Positions 50,031 to 64,000 of a stretch of 64,000 nt of DNA are shown here, in pieces; the first letter of the stretch is position 1; each line of letters begins with the position of its first letter. This DNA is from the human T2T-CHM13v2.0 reference genome, Homo sapiens. The notes below the pieces were generated by a model. It was not told the DNA's origin, searched no databases, and worked only from the letters and a program-made list of their open reading frames with translations. The stretch is taken from NCBI RefSeq assembly GCF_009914755.1, contig NC_060927.1. The stretch is one strand, 5' to 3'. A program made the position numbers and the translations under genes.

Positions 50031-51264
50031 TGAAATTCAGCACCATTCCTCCAAACTGAGCCTTGTCTGAGGGTCTTTTGCCTTCTCAGTCTTGGTCTTT
50101 GGTCCCCTTTAGTTTTTTCTGGGCCCACCGTTTTGAGCTCCCAGTTACCAGCCTCTTGATTGAATTGATTGACCTGGATGGATGTGGTCAAAACAGGCAA
50201 CTTCACAGCTCTGCCTTTCCCAGGCCAGCACTGGGGTGAGGTGTGGGGAGGGCAGGCAGCCCAGGGGCAGCTCTGTTCCTTCTTTGGGCCTGCTTCTTAC
50301 ATCTCCATCCTCCTAAGTCCACATTCTGTGCTTGGTCAGCATGCAGGAGTTGGGACTGTTTTGAGGACTTGCTTATGGGTTGTGGGGAGGGAAGGGCACT
50401 GGCATGATTGCAATACATTCCTGGGCAAGACATCTGGCCTCTCCCATTTGCGGTTCCTTCATCTATAAAATGTTAACACAGTGTGTCAAAATGTTGATGT
50501 TCTCGAGTGACTTTTCCTGAGATCTTTGCCAATTCTCAAATCAACATCCTTATGGTCATTGTTGCCAGGATCTCATTTATTGTGTACAGTAGCCTAAGAG
50601 GAGGCATTTTGTTCTTGCTTGACACATGACAAAATCACACACATGCCACCAGAGCACATAATTCCCCCTTACACCGTAAATACAATCAAGCACACCTGAA
50701 AATCTAAGTGATTTCTTCCTTATTGATTCCACGAATAAAAGGCAGTAGGGATTTCTAAATTTGTTAAAGGAAATTCATCACTGAGTGTAAATTCTCCCTA
50801 ACATGGACTAGCAATTTTGTTTCTCTGGGAGCCATAATTCACAAGCCAACAGGTATTTCTGTCACTTCCTAATACATGGAGGGTACAGCATCCCCTGCAC
50901 ACTGGGTTCCAGCCTGAGTGTGAACTCTCTTGCGTACGAAGGGACTGGCCCCTGTGTGCTTCTTACTGCACGCACTTCATAATTACTCCTTAGCAGACTT
51001 AGGCTGTTTCATGTCTAGGACCTTCGGAGTTATTCTCAAAAGTAAAAATCCCAAATGTTGATTCTGTAAATACCAAGGGTCAACTATAATATTAGCAATG
51101 ATCCAGGGCTGCTGGAGGATTCAATGAGATAAAATGCTAAGTGTCCAGCATCCTAAGTGTGCTCTGGGCTTGGGACCTTGCACATTCACTGAAAATCACT
51201 GAAATTCCAGGGTTAGGTGGGCATGGCTTTGGCTGAAAGAGTCACAGGTCAAACAAGATGATCA

Positions 51265-51673
<409 letters not shown>

Positions 51674-53339
51674 TTAACTTCTTTGAGATTCAGGTTTCTT
51701 ATCTGTGAGATGGAAAGGATAACACGGTACCGGCTTTGGAGGACTGTGGTGAGATTGAATGAGCTGTCGGATGTCCAGACCTGGCACAGTGCCTGGCACG
51801 TGGGAACCCCCTAGGAGGCAATCACAGTCACTTTTCATCCTTCCTTTCTTTCTGTACAGAGCCGCAGACCCAGCAGGTGCTTCATGCTTGTTGATGATTT
51901 CAGTTCCTGTCTAAAACCATTTTCTTGTTTACAAAATAACCATCTTCCACCCCAACACACACCACAAGCCCCCGCGGTGGATGCCAGCCAGACATTCTAT
52001 TCATCAAGCGCCACTTGCCTATCCTGTGCTTGGCAGTGCTAAAAAGGAGACAGAGAAGGGATATAATCTTATTTTTCTGACTGGAAAAATAAGTTTCCCA
52101 CACGCAGCACCTGGAGAAGAGTGCGGGAGTGCAGGAGAATGTGTGTGCATGTCAGGAGTGTGAGTGGAAGTCGACACTGGTGGAGGACTCCTCACTGCAG
52201 GATCTGAGAAGCTTCCTCCAGGGACATGGGCTGGATCTGGGGCTGCCTTTGGGGACCTAAAGTGAAGGGAAAGAGTAATGCGGGAGGCAGTTCGAGGTTG
52301 AGATGAACCATTGAGTGATGACTTCTGTGGATCTGTCCCCCAAAGAAAAATGTCCAAACGTTGGTCAACATGCTCCATTAAGCACCCAGAAAGTGCAAAT
52401 ATAAAATGTTCTTCAGGTGTGGTAAGGAGGAAGCAAATGTGAAAACCCCCAGAGAACCAGCCCCTGCCTCCCAGGAGGCAATGATGTGGGCCAAGAGCAG
52501 AAGTTGAGTTCTGGCCTTGGCCTGGGATTGCTCAGAGGGTAGCAGCCCCTTTGCCCAAGAGATTGAGCTGCAGCCGTGTTGCTGCCTCTTCATTTGGTGA
52601 CCAAAGACAAGACAAGATCACCACGTGGGGAGGAGACAGAAGTGAAAGGCCCACCTCAATGCAAGGGTGATTAGCTCTTTCTCCAGCAGTACTGACTCAC
52701 TTTGGCCTACTAATCAATGTGAATTCTTCATAACAGGCGATCCCCTTTGAGTCCAGGAGGACAGAGTTGATGACAGTGTAGCCTGAAATTCCTGGGGCCC
52801 TGGATTGAAGCTGTGGCCCTGCCATTTCCTCAGTAACTCTGAGCTGTTATTGGGCAACAGACTTCCTAGGTTGTGGAGGAGGCTGGGTTAACTGGGGACT
52901 TTAAATGCTTGAGCCGTGTGTTGACTCATTAACTATGTCTACCCTAGGCTGAACTGGTGTTGCCCTTCCCTTCCCAGGAAAGGCCTGGCCTCTCCCATTC
53001 TGCCCAAGGAAACCCTCTGTGAACTTTTACATTCTTCCAAACTATTTTGATGTTTATTGGTCTGGATCCATTACATCAGAAGCTACTGAGGGTAATATCA
53101 GGCATCTATATTTTAAAAATGCTTCCTAGGTGATATTAATGCCCAGGTAAGATAGAGCAACAATGTTCTAAGTGGTTCCCTTCACCTACACCACTCACCT
53201 TCATGGCTGTGAGATTAGGGGTGGGAGGGCAGGGGAGGGTTACACCAAGGGCCTTGAAGCTCTCAGGACAGACTTGAACAACCTTTTTCTCCTCCATGTT
53301 CCCTTCCCCTTTTTCTTTGTAGGGGGTCCATTTGGCCTT

Positions 53340-53650
53340 GGACGGGTTCTAGCAATGACGTCAGTTTGTTAAGACGAGCGAGGTAAACAGTTGTTGCCTT
53401 GGTGACTTTAAGGAGAGGTAGTTGCACTTCAGTGATTCTGGCAATTAGAAAATGTCAAGGAACACTGGCTCAGACTTCCTCCTGCCCAGATTGATAACAC
53501 GAAAACCACGACGGACATGGTTGGAAAGAACGGCCGCCTGGCGCGATCCCCAGCCCTGGAATTCCTGGAGGACATGATATTTAAGAAGACATTAGTAGAC
53601 ATTGTCCTCACTAAAGACAGAGTTAAAGTGGAGTTTGAATAATCAGACCC
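53340..53650. promoter_or_regulatory. CpG-retaining unique element with full CRE and forkhead motif
   Basis: TGACGTCA at 53356-53363, GTAAACA at 53383-53389, 11 CpGs in ~215 bp. Confidence 0.4.
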
Positions 53651-54075
53651 ACGTTAGTAGGATTTCAGAGGAAATCCTTATCTTCAGTATTTCAGTAGAA
53701 ATCGTTCCTGTTTTGTTGCCATTTGGTTCTCCTTTGCAACTTAGCATGTGAGAATTCCGGGCAGCCTGATTCCTTGCCCATCTTTGACAGCTCTGCTGCT
53801 GTGTCCCGGGGGAGGCAGGTTTCCAACATAACTGCTACTCTGCCTTTGCCTGGTGAGTGCTGAGATGGAGAGGCAGGCTGGTATCTGTTTGATCTGATAC
53901 TCCAGAAAAATCGTAATTTTACATTGTTTTTTTCCTGATTTCTAAACACATGAAACCAGATTCTTCTGGAGAAACATAGAGTGCCTTAATTTTGCCTAGT
54001 TAGGGGCTGTTGGGGGTGGTTTTTCTAAGCACCCTTCTGTGTCTAGCCAACCAGTAGAACCTGATTTTTGGGAGG

Positions 54076-54532
54076 TGAATTAGCCAGGGTTCTCTAGAGG
54101 GACAAAACTAATAGGATAGATGTATTTATAAAGGGGAGTTTATTAAGGAGTATTGACTCACACGGTCATGGAACTATGTGAGGTCCCACATAGTCCATCT
54201 GCAGGTTGAGGAGCAGGAAAGCCAGTCCGAGTCCCACAGCTGAAGAACTTGGAGTCTGATGTTCGAGGGCAGGAAGCATCCAGCACAGGAGAAAGATGTA
54301 GGCTGGAAGGCTAAGGAAGTCTAGGCTATTCACATTCTTCTGCCTGCTTTTTATTCTGGCTACAATGGCAGCAGATTAGATGGTGCCCACCCAGATTAAG
54401 GGTGGGTCTGCCTTCCCCAGCCCACTGACTCAAATGTTAATCTCCTTTGGCAACACCCTCACAGACACGCCCAGGATCAATACTTTGCATCCTTCAATCC
54501 AATCAAGTTGACACTCCGTATTAGCCATCACA
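54076..54532 (-). mobile_element. MLT2A (ERVL) solo LTR
   Basis: attagccagggttctctagagggac...caagttgacactccgtattagccatcaca. Confidence 0.9.
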
Positions 54533-55079
54533 GGGGCATGCTAAGCAAGAATTGTGTCTATGGCTGTAATCACAAAGTTACGATTATTGGAGTAAGCTCC
54601 ACAAACCAGAGTCCCTTGTCCAGGGCCTCCAGAGATCCACCAGACACTTGAGTATCTCGAAAAGCCAGATGGGAGAAGCACGTTCACCACGGCAAACCTG
54701 CGCAGCCAAGAAAATCAAGTTTCTTTGTTTTATGCTAAACTTTTATCAACTGACTGTGGTAGTCGTGGCAATCTCATGCCATTCAGAACCTCTGATTGGC
54801 AACAGTATCTTTGTTCATTTGATAACAAATAACTCAAATTTTAAATTAAAGTTAGTCGACAACATCTTTCAAAATCTTGGAATCGTGTCGGGGGAAACAA
54901 AATACAAGAGATATGATTTGATGTGAAAGAATTTAGGACCTCTTGGCTTTGATTAAATTAGGGTGTGCTTCTGTTGTTTCACTGGGATTGTGAAATGTTG
55001 GGATGAGGAGATATGAAAAATCTATAGCTGAATATTCTGTTGATGGTTTTAAACCATAGAAATAAATATTCAGGAAGTC

Positions 55080-55335
55080 TCTATTGAGTAGCTCTATAGG
55101 GTAATGCTAGCTGCTAGAGCAAATAAACTCACGTCTTAACCATCTTGGCCCAGAAGTGATGTATGTTATTTTTGCTCACATTTCTTTGCCAATAACTAGT
55201 AAAATGATCCCATCTATATGCTGTGTGTGTTTGTGTGTGTGTAAAATGCAATCCCTCTCTGGACAGTAATTTACAGCAATAACTATATGGCAGAAGGAGC
55301 AAACTTCTTGTGGGGCAGCCAGCTATCCCTGATAT
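55080..55335 (-). mobile_element. MLT1-type MaLR fragment
   Basis: cttggcccagaagtgatg..tttttgctcacatttctttgcca..aactagt. Confidence 0.5.
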
Positions 55336-55756
55336 GAGGAAAGAGAAAGAAGGGTCAGCATTAAGTGGCAGCTCAGGTGGCACACATTAAGAATCCAAGC
55401 TCTTAGAGAAATGGGAGTCCTTCATGGGAGAGGGTTTCTGGCAGCCAGGACACATGGAGCCCCTCTCGGAGGCACTATGCCACCCTCTGGGGGCAACAGG
55501 GTGTCAAGCACTCTAAGTCTAAGAACAGAAAGTTTGGGTTCTAAGGTCCAGATGAGGGTGAGGTTTGTGCACTAAAGATTAAGGAGATGAAGATCAGGGC
55601 AGAGTAAATAGGTGTCACCAGAAGGTCAATACAGTGATTAGCAAGTGTAGTTGGTGTGATAAAGCAGAGAGGCTCGCAGTAGCCCTTGGAAGGGCCTGAG
55701 TAGAGGGACATAGGATGAAGAGCACTACCAGTTTGTTGGTTAGAATAATCTGGTCA

Positions 55757-56063
55757 GCCGGGCATGGTGGCTTATGCCTGTAATCCCAGCACTTTGACAG
55801 GCTGAGGCGGGTGGATCACGAGGTCAGGAATTCAAGACCAGCCTGGCCAAGATGGTGAAACCACGTCTCTACTAAAAATACAAAAATTAGCCGGGCGTGG
55901 TGGCGGGTGCCTGTAATCCCAGCTACTCGGGAGGCTGAGGCAGAGAATTGCTTGAACCTGGGAGGTGGAGGTTGCAGTGAGCTGAGATTGCACTGCTTCA
56001 CTCCAGCCTGGTAACAGAGCGAGACTCTGTCTCAAAAACAAACAAACAAACAAAAAACAAAAC
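55757..56063 (+). mobile_element. AluS inside a MIR
   Basis: Full-length, (CAAA)n tail. Confidence 0.93.
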
Positions 56064-56700
56064 ACACCCTGGTTTCACCATTTACAGTGACATCTTGAGC
56101 AAATGACTTAAACTCTCTGAGTTTCAATTTCTTTATTTAAAAAAGAGGATTGTTAATACCCCACCCCACAGGGTGGTGGTAAGAATTAAATTTGGTAACA
56201 TCTATAAGACCTGCTGTTCATTACAGTTGATTCTTAAGGCAGCATCCGGTGATGCCTTTGAAACATACATCGGCAAAGTCTTAATCAGATGAAAGCCAAA
56301 ACCCCTACACCTGTGTAAGGCGCCACATTATCTGGCTGCCCCTGTGTAGGTATTTTGCTGTTCCCTCTACTTGCAACCCTCTTTTCTCAGAAATCTGCAT
56401 GGTAGCCTCCTTCATCTCTGTTAACAGAAAAACCAAATTCTGTAAAATATTTTCAAGAAGTTTATCCTGAGGCAATATGAGTTACTGTAGCTTAGAGAAA
56501 ACACAAACCCAAGAAGCCTTGAGTGAGTGGCCCTGAGGCAGTTGGGCCATAGTCTGGTTTTATACATTTTAGGGAGACAGGCATTACAGGCAAGGATATC
56601 TGGAAATCAGTACATGGAAGGTAACTGGTAGTTCTGTCCAAAAAATGTGAGACATCTCAAAGTGGGGGAGGGTGCGGTGTTAGGATATATGTATTGGTGG

Positions 56701-57000
56701 TTTTTTTTTTTGTTTTTTTTTGAGATGGAGTCTCGCTCTGTCACCCAGGCTGGAGTGCAATGGCGTGATCTCTGCCCACTGAGCCTCTGCCTCCTGGGTT
56801 CAAGTGATTCTCCTGCCTCAGCCTCCTGAGTAGCTGGGATTACAGGAGCATGCCACCACGCCCGGCTAATTTTTGTATTTTTAGTAGAGATGGGATTTCA
56901 CCATGTTGGCCAGGATGGTCTCGATCTCCTGACCTCGTGATCCACCTGCCTTGGCCTCCCAAAGTGCTGGGAATACAGGCGTGAGCCATCATGCCTGGAC
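56701..57000 (-). mobile_element. AluSc-like
   Basis: Full-length Alu. Confidence 0.93.
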
Positions 57001-57132
57001 TATGTGTTGGTTTCCATGCATGTTTCCTGGCGCATAGCCCCATAGCCCTTGCTACAGTCTTGCTAGAATGCTGGGCTTTTTAGACTTCAGGGACAGGCCC
57101 TAAGAAACAGTCTCTCTCCTGCCGTCCTTTCA

Positions 57133-57499
<367 letters not shown>

Positions 57500-59208
57500 C
57501 CTTCCCATGAGAGGTTCCTACCCTATGCCCTGGGGGAAGAAATGCTGACGTCAAGGAAGCTTCTATAAAAACCCAAGAGGACAGGGTTGGGTGAACTTTC
57601 TGATAGCTTAATAGGAGGAGGTTCCTGTAGGGCGGCACAACCAGGGAGGGCGTGGAAGCTCTGCATCCCTTCTCCCATACCTTGCTCTACACATCTCTTC
57701 ATCTGTATCCTCTGCAGCATCCTTGATGATAAACCAGTAAATGTAAGTAGGGTGTTTCCCTGAGTTCTGTGAGCCGCTCCAGCAAATTAATTGAACCCAC
57801 GGAGAGGGGAACCCCAATGGAAGCTGGTTGGTCAGAAAGAAGTTCTGGAGGCCTGGACTTGTGACTGGTGGAGGGGGGATGTCTTGGACACTAAGCCCTC
57901 AATCTGTAGGATCTGACACTATTTCCAGGTAGATAGTGTTGGAACTGAATTAGAGGACACCAAGCTGGTGTCGCTGCTTGGTGTTGGGGTGGGACCCCCA
58001 CACATATGGTCACATAAGTCATCTTCTGTGTTGATTGTTGTGGTGTGAGAGCAGAGGAAAGATGGCTACAGAGAGTTTTCCCTACACAGGGACTTGGGGG
58101 GTAGAGGGTTAGGGGAGGGCTGAGGGGCCTTACAAGTCTTAAGTGCGTTTTAGGGATTCTTTAGCTAACAGTAGCTGAGAGAGTCAAGTTATTGTCTAGT
58201 GACTTGAAGTCAGTAGGAAGGAATGCCTGAGTAAGATAAGGAGGTTGTGGGGGCCTAGGTCCTTGGAGCCTCATAGATAGCAGCCCTCTGGGTGAATAGA
58301 TAGTGATTGTCTCTTCTCAGACCTTTGGGTGTCTGACTCTCAGTTAGAATCTCTCCTAGATCTGGGAAAGGCCTAGCAAGGGAAGAGACATTAATATCGA
58401 TTCTCTGGAGATGCACGTTTCCCCCACCAAAGATGGCTTTGCAGTCCAAAGGCTGTCTGGCAGCCTTTTCCAAATATGTCAAAGAAATGTATTTTGGGGC
58501 AAAATATTTTAATTTCCTTCAGAGTCTGCTGTCTGTCATGTGATACTATACCAGAGTCAGGTTGGAGAGTAAGCCACATTTTACTGGGTTAATTAAAAAA
58601 CCCATTTAATGAGACTGTATTGTTTCTAGGGTATGACTTAATCTTTGCCTTTTATGGCCTTAGGTATTGTGTATAGTTTGGTATCTTATTGTCATAAAGG
58701 GTCTGTTTGGTCAGTCTTATAATCTCTATTTTACCTTAATGCTGGTCACTTGTACCTAAACCCCAAAAGGGAGGGGTATGATGAGGGTGTAACCTCCTTT
58801 CTGTCATGGCTGGGAATTCAGTTTTTCAGGTTTCTCTGGGGTGCCCATGGCCAAAAAGGAGTCCATTCAGTTGGTTAGTGGGGGGCTTAGGATTTTATTT
58901 TTGGTTTACACCTCCTTCCAACCCTTGCTCAAATGTCTTCTTCTCAGTGAGGCTTTCTCTGATCATCTGATTTAAATCTCCACCTCACCCACTCCAAGCT
59001 GTCCCTATTTCTCTTCCCTACTCTAATTGTCTGCATATCAGTTATCTCCTTGCAAAGCACCACGGATTTATGTTGTTTGACTCTTTATTTATCCTCACTA
59101 TAAGGTGAGTGCTGGAGGGGTTAGGGATTTCTGGCTGGCTTCTCTACTGCTGTGTCTGCAGTCTGGTTCACAGTAGGCAATCAGCATTTGCTGAAAGAAT
59201 GAACCTAT

Positions 59209-59640
59209 AGCTTGGAACCAACCCAAATGTCCAACAATGATAGACTGGATTAGGAAAATGTGCACATATACACCATGGAATACTATGCAGCCATGAAAAA
59301 TGATGAGTTCACGTCCTTTGTAGGGACATGGATGAAGCTGGAAACTATCATTCTCAGCAAACTATGGCAAGGACAAAAAGCCAAACACCACATGTTCTCA
59401 CTCATAGGTGGGAATTGAACAGTGAGAACACATGGACACAGGAAGGGGAACATCACACACCGGGACTGTTGTGGGGTGGGGGGAACGGGGAGGGATAGCA
59501 TTAGGAGATATACCTAATGCTAAATGATGAGTTAATGGGTGCAGCACACCAACATGGCACATGTATACATATGTAACAAACCTGCACGTTGTGCACATGT
59601 ACCCTAAAACTTAAAGTATAATAATAATTAAAAAAAAAAA
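59209..59640 (+). mobile_element. L1PA (about PA3-5) 3' end, 5'-truncated
   Basis: Canonical L1 3' UTR, poly-A, perfect 15-bp TSD aaagaatgaacctat (59194-59208 / 59641-59655). Confidence 0.95.
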
Positions 59641-59826
59641 AAAGAATGAACCTATCGCATGAGTATTGGTGTAAGTTTTCTTACAGGCCCCGGGGCCACC
59701 ACAAAGTAGAAGAACTCAACCTTCCCTATTCATTTCCTCACCTCCAACTCCCTTAGACTACCAGGACTTAGATCCTTTTGGGTATATATATACATATATA
59801 TGTTTTATATATATACATATATACAT

Positions 59827-60131
59827 GTTTTGCTTGTTTGTTTGTTTTTTGAGACAAAGTCTCGCTGTGTCACCCAGGATGGAGTACAGTGGCATGATCT
59901 CTGCTCACTGCAATCTCCGCCTCCAGGTTCAAGTGATTCTCCTGCCTCAGCCTCCTGAGTAGCTGGGACTACAGGTGCATGCCTCCACGCCTGGCTAATT
60001 TTTTGTATTTTTAGTAGAGACGGGGGTTTCACCATGTTAGCCAGATGGTCTTGATCTCCTGACCTCGTGATCTGCCCGCCTCGGCCTCCCAAAGTGCTGG
60101 GATTACAGGCATGAGCCACCGCGCCCAGCCT
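59827..60131 (-). mobile_element. AluSc/Y-like
   Basis: Full-length, flanked by (TA)n. Confidence 0.93.
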
Positions 60132-60137
60132 AAATGT

Positions 60138-60210
60138 TTTATATATATATATACACACACACATATACTCTATATATATACACACACACATATATACACA
60201 TATATATGTG

Positions 60211-60253
<43 letters not shown>

Positions 60254-60270
60254 TATATGTGTATATATTT
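60138..60270. repeat. Compound (TA)n/(CA)n/(GA)n microsatellite
   Basis: Seen directly. Confidence 0.95.
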
Positions 60271-60714
60271 TAACAAAAAAAGCCTGGGAGAACCATTGAA
60301 TTTGAAACCACCAAATCTCAACAAGCCTTGAAATCTAACACTCAGTTTAAGGAAACACAGAGCAGAGAGGAGAACATTAAACAACACCCTGAGGAAGCCG
60401 TGAGCCAGGCTCAGAACATAAGCCACTCCACAGGAGAAATGACTTCATTTTTTCAACAAATATATGCCATGGAAAAGAAGAAGTAAGGGAGCGAGGAACT
60501 CTTCTAGATAAGAGAGAATTGAAAATGGCACATCATCCAGTCATCCAAACAAAATGTCCTGTCCTTGTTTGGATCCCCTTTTGAGCAGGTTAGTGTAAAA
60601 GACATTATTGAGAGAATTGGTAAACATTTAAAGGTGGGTTGGATATTGGGTGATATTGGCATTGTGATCATATTGAATTATTATTTATATTCATATATTC
60701 TCTGGCAGAACCTG

Positions 60715-60718
60715 GTGC

Positions 60719-60755
<37 letters not shown>

Positions 60756-60768
60756 TGTGTGTGTGTGT
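60715..60768. repeat. (TG)n microsatellite
   Basis: Seen directly. Confidence 0.95.
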
Positions 60769-60804
60769 CTCACAGTGTAGAGAATCTGAGGGTCTACGTT
60801 CTCA

Positions 60805-60844
60805 ATTCTCCCAGGGGTGGTACGATTCTGCCAGGGGTGGTACG
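60805..60844. repeat. 20-bp tandem duplication
   Basis: attctcccaggggtggtacg / attctgccaggggtggtacg. Confidence 0.85.
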
Positions 60845-62406
60845 TAGGTAATTCTCGATGCCATGGGAGTTAGTTGATGCGTTGCATACAATGGAGGTCT
60901 TAGGACATTAAGGCTTAATTTTTTGTTGGATCCGCAGTTGGGAAGAGCTGGTAGCAGGAAACTGATACAAAGTCTGGCGTTTGCTTTAAATTACTCCAAG
61001 AAAAATCGAAGCAGTGTAGTAAAGATTAGGAGGTGAGACAGTTCCTCTTTCTGAGGAGATGGCGGGCCCGTTTTCTTCTTTGTCTGGCTCTCTGTAGCAT
61101 AGGGGTGTGGTGTAGTGTAGGGATGTGGAGGAAAGAGTGGGTAGCTGTGTTGCTGGGGAGGGGTGAAGTGTTTTTTCCACTCTCTATATAGGCCCTTCCT
61201 GCGCTCTCCTCTGCTTAATGCTGATTTACCAAGCGGAGTGCAAATTGTGTGGTGAGCATGTGGGAGATGCCTCCTGGGGCTGGGGTGTGTAGTGGGGAGT
61301 GGGCATTATACAGAAAGGGAATTCATGGGGCACGAAAGGCCTACTTTTTGCCAGGCACCTGTCAAATAGGAAGGCAGATATTTCTATGAATACAAGTCTG
61401 TCTGTCTGTGCATGGGGTGCAAGGGTGAAGACAGTAGCAAATGGCTCATGATTTCCCTTTGCCATGGCTGTGTCAATCTGGAGTTCAGAGCTCTCCTAAT
61501 CAGTTCCGAGTGGTTGGCTCTGGTCAGGGACCGCAGCCTGACCTCATGGTGGGGACACAACACCCCCCAACAAAGTTCTGTTCTCCAGACTCTTAGAAAA
61601 CCTCTGGGGAAATGTACTCAGGGAAATGTTCTGAGGACTTCATTATCAGTGCTGCCTGGCTGGGAAAAGATGTAATCTCTGGTAAGAGACCCTTGGCAGG
61701 AGTGAAAGCCCTTTATCTTCAGGGCTTTGCTCTGGGCAGGATCTCCCCCTCCCCACCATGAGCCATGCAGGTGGGCCTGTCCTCAGGTAAACACTTGCCA
61801 ACAGTCACAGCCTCTCAGGCACTGCGCGCCCCTCATGGCTTCCTTTCTTTCACTGTCTTCTCAGATTCACCAGCTACAAGTCGGTTTCTTGTTGCATATC
61901 ATGCTTCTGACCTTTGCTGCGCTTTTGAGCAAAACGGTGACTTGTCAGAAATGTTTTGACAAATGATTAATGTTTTGACCCATGTTGGTTCCCGCTTGAT
62001 AGAGCTCGGTGGGTAGGAGCTGGGGTGGTAGAGCCAGACAGCCTGGGCAGGCTCCTCTGGGGACTCTGTGAAGCACATGGTGATAACAGTGCTCGCCTTG
62101 GGCACTGTTGTTGCTGCAGGAATTAAATGAGCTTCACCAAATTACAGGACCTTTACTGCCTGTAAATTACTTAGCACATAGTAAAAGCTCATTAATTATT
62201 AGCTAAAATAAAGTGATAAAAATCTATCATTAAATTGTCAGCACAGCCCTGCAGAGGCAACCTTTTAAGTATTGTTATCCTTCGCAGATGAAGACACAAG
62301 GTTCACAGAAACTGACTAATTGGCCTAAGATAACTTACAGTACAAAAGCCAGGATTTCAATCTAGCTTTTTGAGACTAGAGCCTGAGTGAACTGTTTCTC
62401 CAAAGC

Positions 62407-63048
<642 letters not shown>

Positions 63049-63057
63049 TTCTCAGCG

Positions 63058-63250
63058 ACCTGTTTCTCACCACTTGCCTGAGAATTAATTACCTGGGGTG
63101 CTTATTAAATGCAGATTTCCAACTTCCCCCCAATATTCTCCCAACCTCCCAGACTACTTGAATCAGAATGATTGAGACAGAATTCAGGAACCCGCATTTT
63201 AACAAGTGATTTTAATAATTTGGGTGTGCTCTAAGTCTGAGAATCACTGT
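63058..63250. mobile_element. MER5-like hAT-Charlie MITE
   Basis: aattacctggggtgcttattaaatgcagatttcc...gcattttaacaag...tgagaatcactg. Confidence 0.7.
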
Positions 63251-63539
63251 GCTCCTCAGTGTTGCCTCCTCTCTACAGATAACAGATAAGAGGGTAAATA
63301 GTGAAGTGAGTGCAGTGTTTTATTCCGGCCCCCCTTCTTGCCCCGTCTTCTTTTCTCAAAAAAAATTTTCAAAGGCTTCCTTTCTGTAGAAGCTCACTGA
63401 CAGAACCGACTTTCCGGACTCAGTGCACTTCAACAAACAGGTATTGAGCTCAAACTGCAGGGGGCTGGGTAGGTGGAGAGCTGACCGCAAGATGCTCACA
63501 AGCAGTAGAGGGTGAGTATAGGTAGAGAAAGGGCAGGTC

Positions 63540-63950
63540 TAGGGCATTTCTGTGCATAAAGTGGGGCAGAAGAGAAGGAGCCAGCAACGAGACCAGTAAG
63601 GCATTACCGGTAAGGCAGAGAAAAGCCAGGAGAAGTATAGGTTTTGGAAGCTAGGTGAAGAATATGCATCAAGGAAGAGGAAGTTATGGACTGCTGATGA
63701 GCTGAATAAGATGAAGACTGAACATTGACCATTTGGTTAGCAATGTGGAGATCGTGGAGGTCCTTGTGACTCTGACAAGATCAGGTTCATGGAGATGGGG
63801 AGGCCTGGTTGGAGTGGGTTCAAGTGAGAGTGGGAAGATAGCTATTGCAAACAAGACTATGGACTGTCTTTCAAGGAGTTTTACTGTAAAGGAAAGAGAA
63901 ATAAGGCATTTTAAAGAAGAGAAATGAGGTCAAGAGGTTTAGGGTCAGGG
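63540..63950 (-). mobile_element. L2 LINE fragment
   Basis: aaggagccagcaacgagacc...aagatgaagactgaacattgaccatttggttagcaatgtggag. Confidence 0.8.
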
Positions 63951-64000
63951 CAGGGAAGTGGAGTTTATTTAGAACTCATGCAATAAGTGGCTCAATATAT

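Noticed and set aside
62089-62105. gtgctcgcc... resembling the U6 snRNA 5' end
   Set aside because: Similarity stops after ~8 nt; no tRNA, snRNA or Y RNA copy was seen in the window.

Overview
This is primate (human-like) genomic DNA that looks intronic or intergenic. A large part of the window is interspersed repeat: about 38 Alu-family copies, many MIR/L2/L3 relics, old L1M pieces (one with a decayed ORF1), one L1PA 3' fragment with a clean TSD, solo LTRs (MER93-like, THE1D, MLT2, MSTA, LTR6A, MER4, MER21) and hAT/Tigger DNA-transposon fossils. I cannot confidently call any protein-coding exon or name a host gene. Most ORFs in the supplied track are Alu-, microsatellite- or chance-derived. 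Repeat family names come from recalled consensus sequences and boundaries are approximate; no search was run. The most unusual signals are structural and visible directly. They are a ~165-bp inverted duplication (8441-8606 / 9563-9726, ~89% identical by hand alignment), a perfect 54-bp copy of a nearby LTR segment (47437-47490), and several fold-back/template-switch scars. A few + strand candidate exons, promoters and enhancers are reported at low confidence. I found no convincing evidence of a novel multi-gene system.
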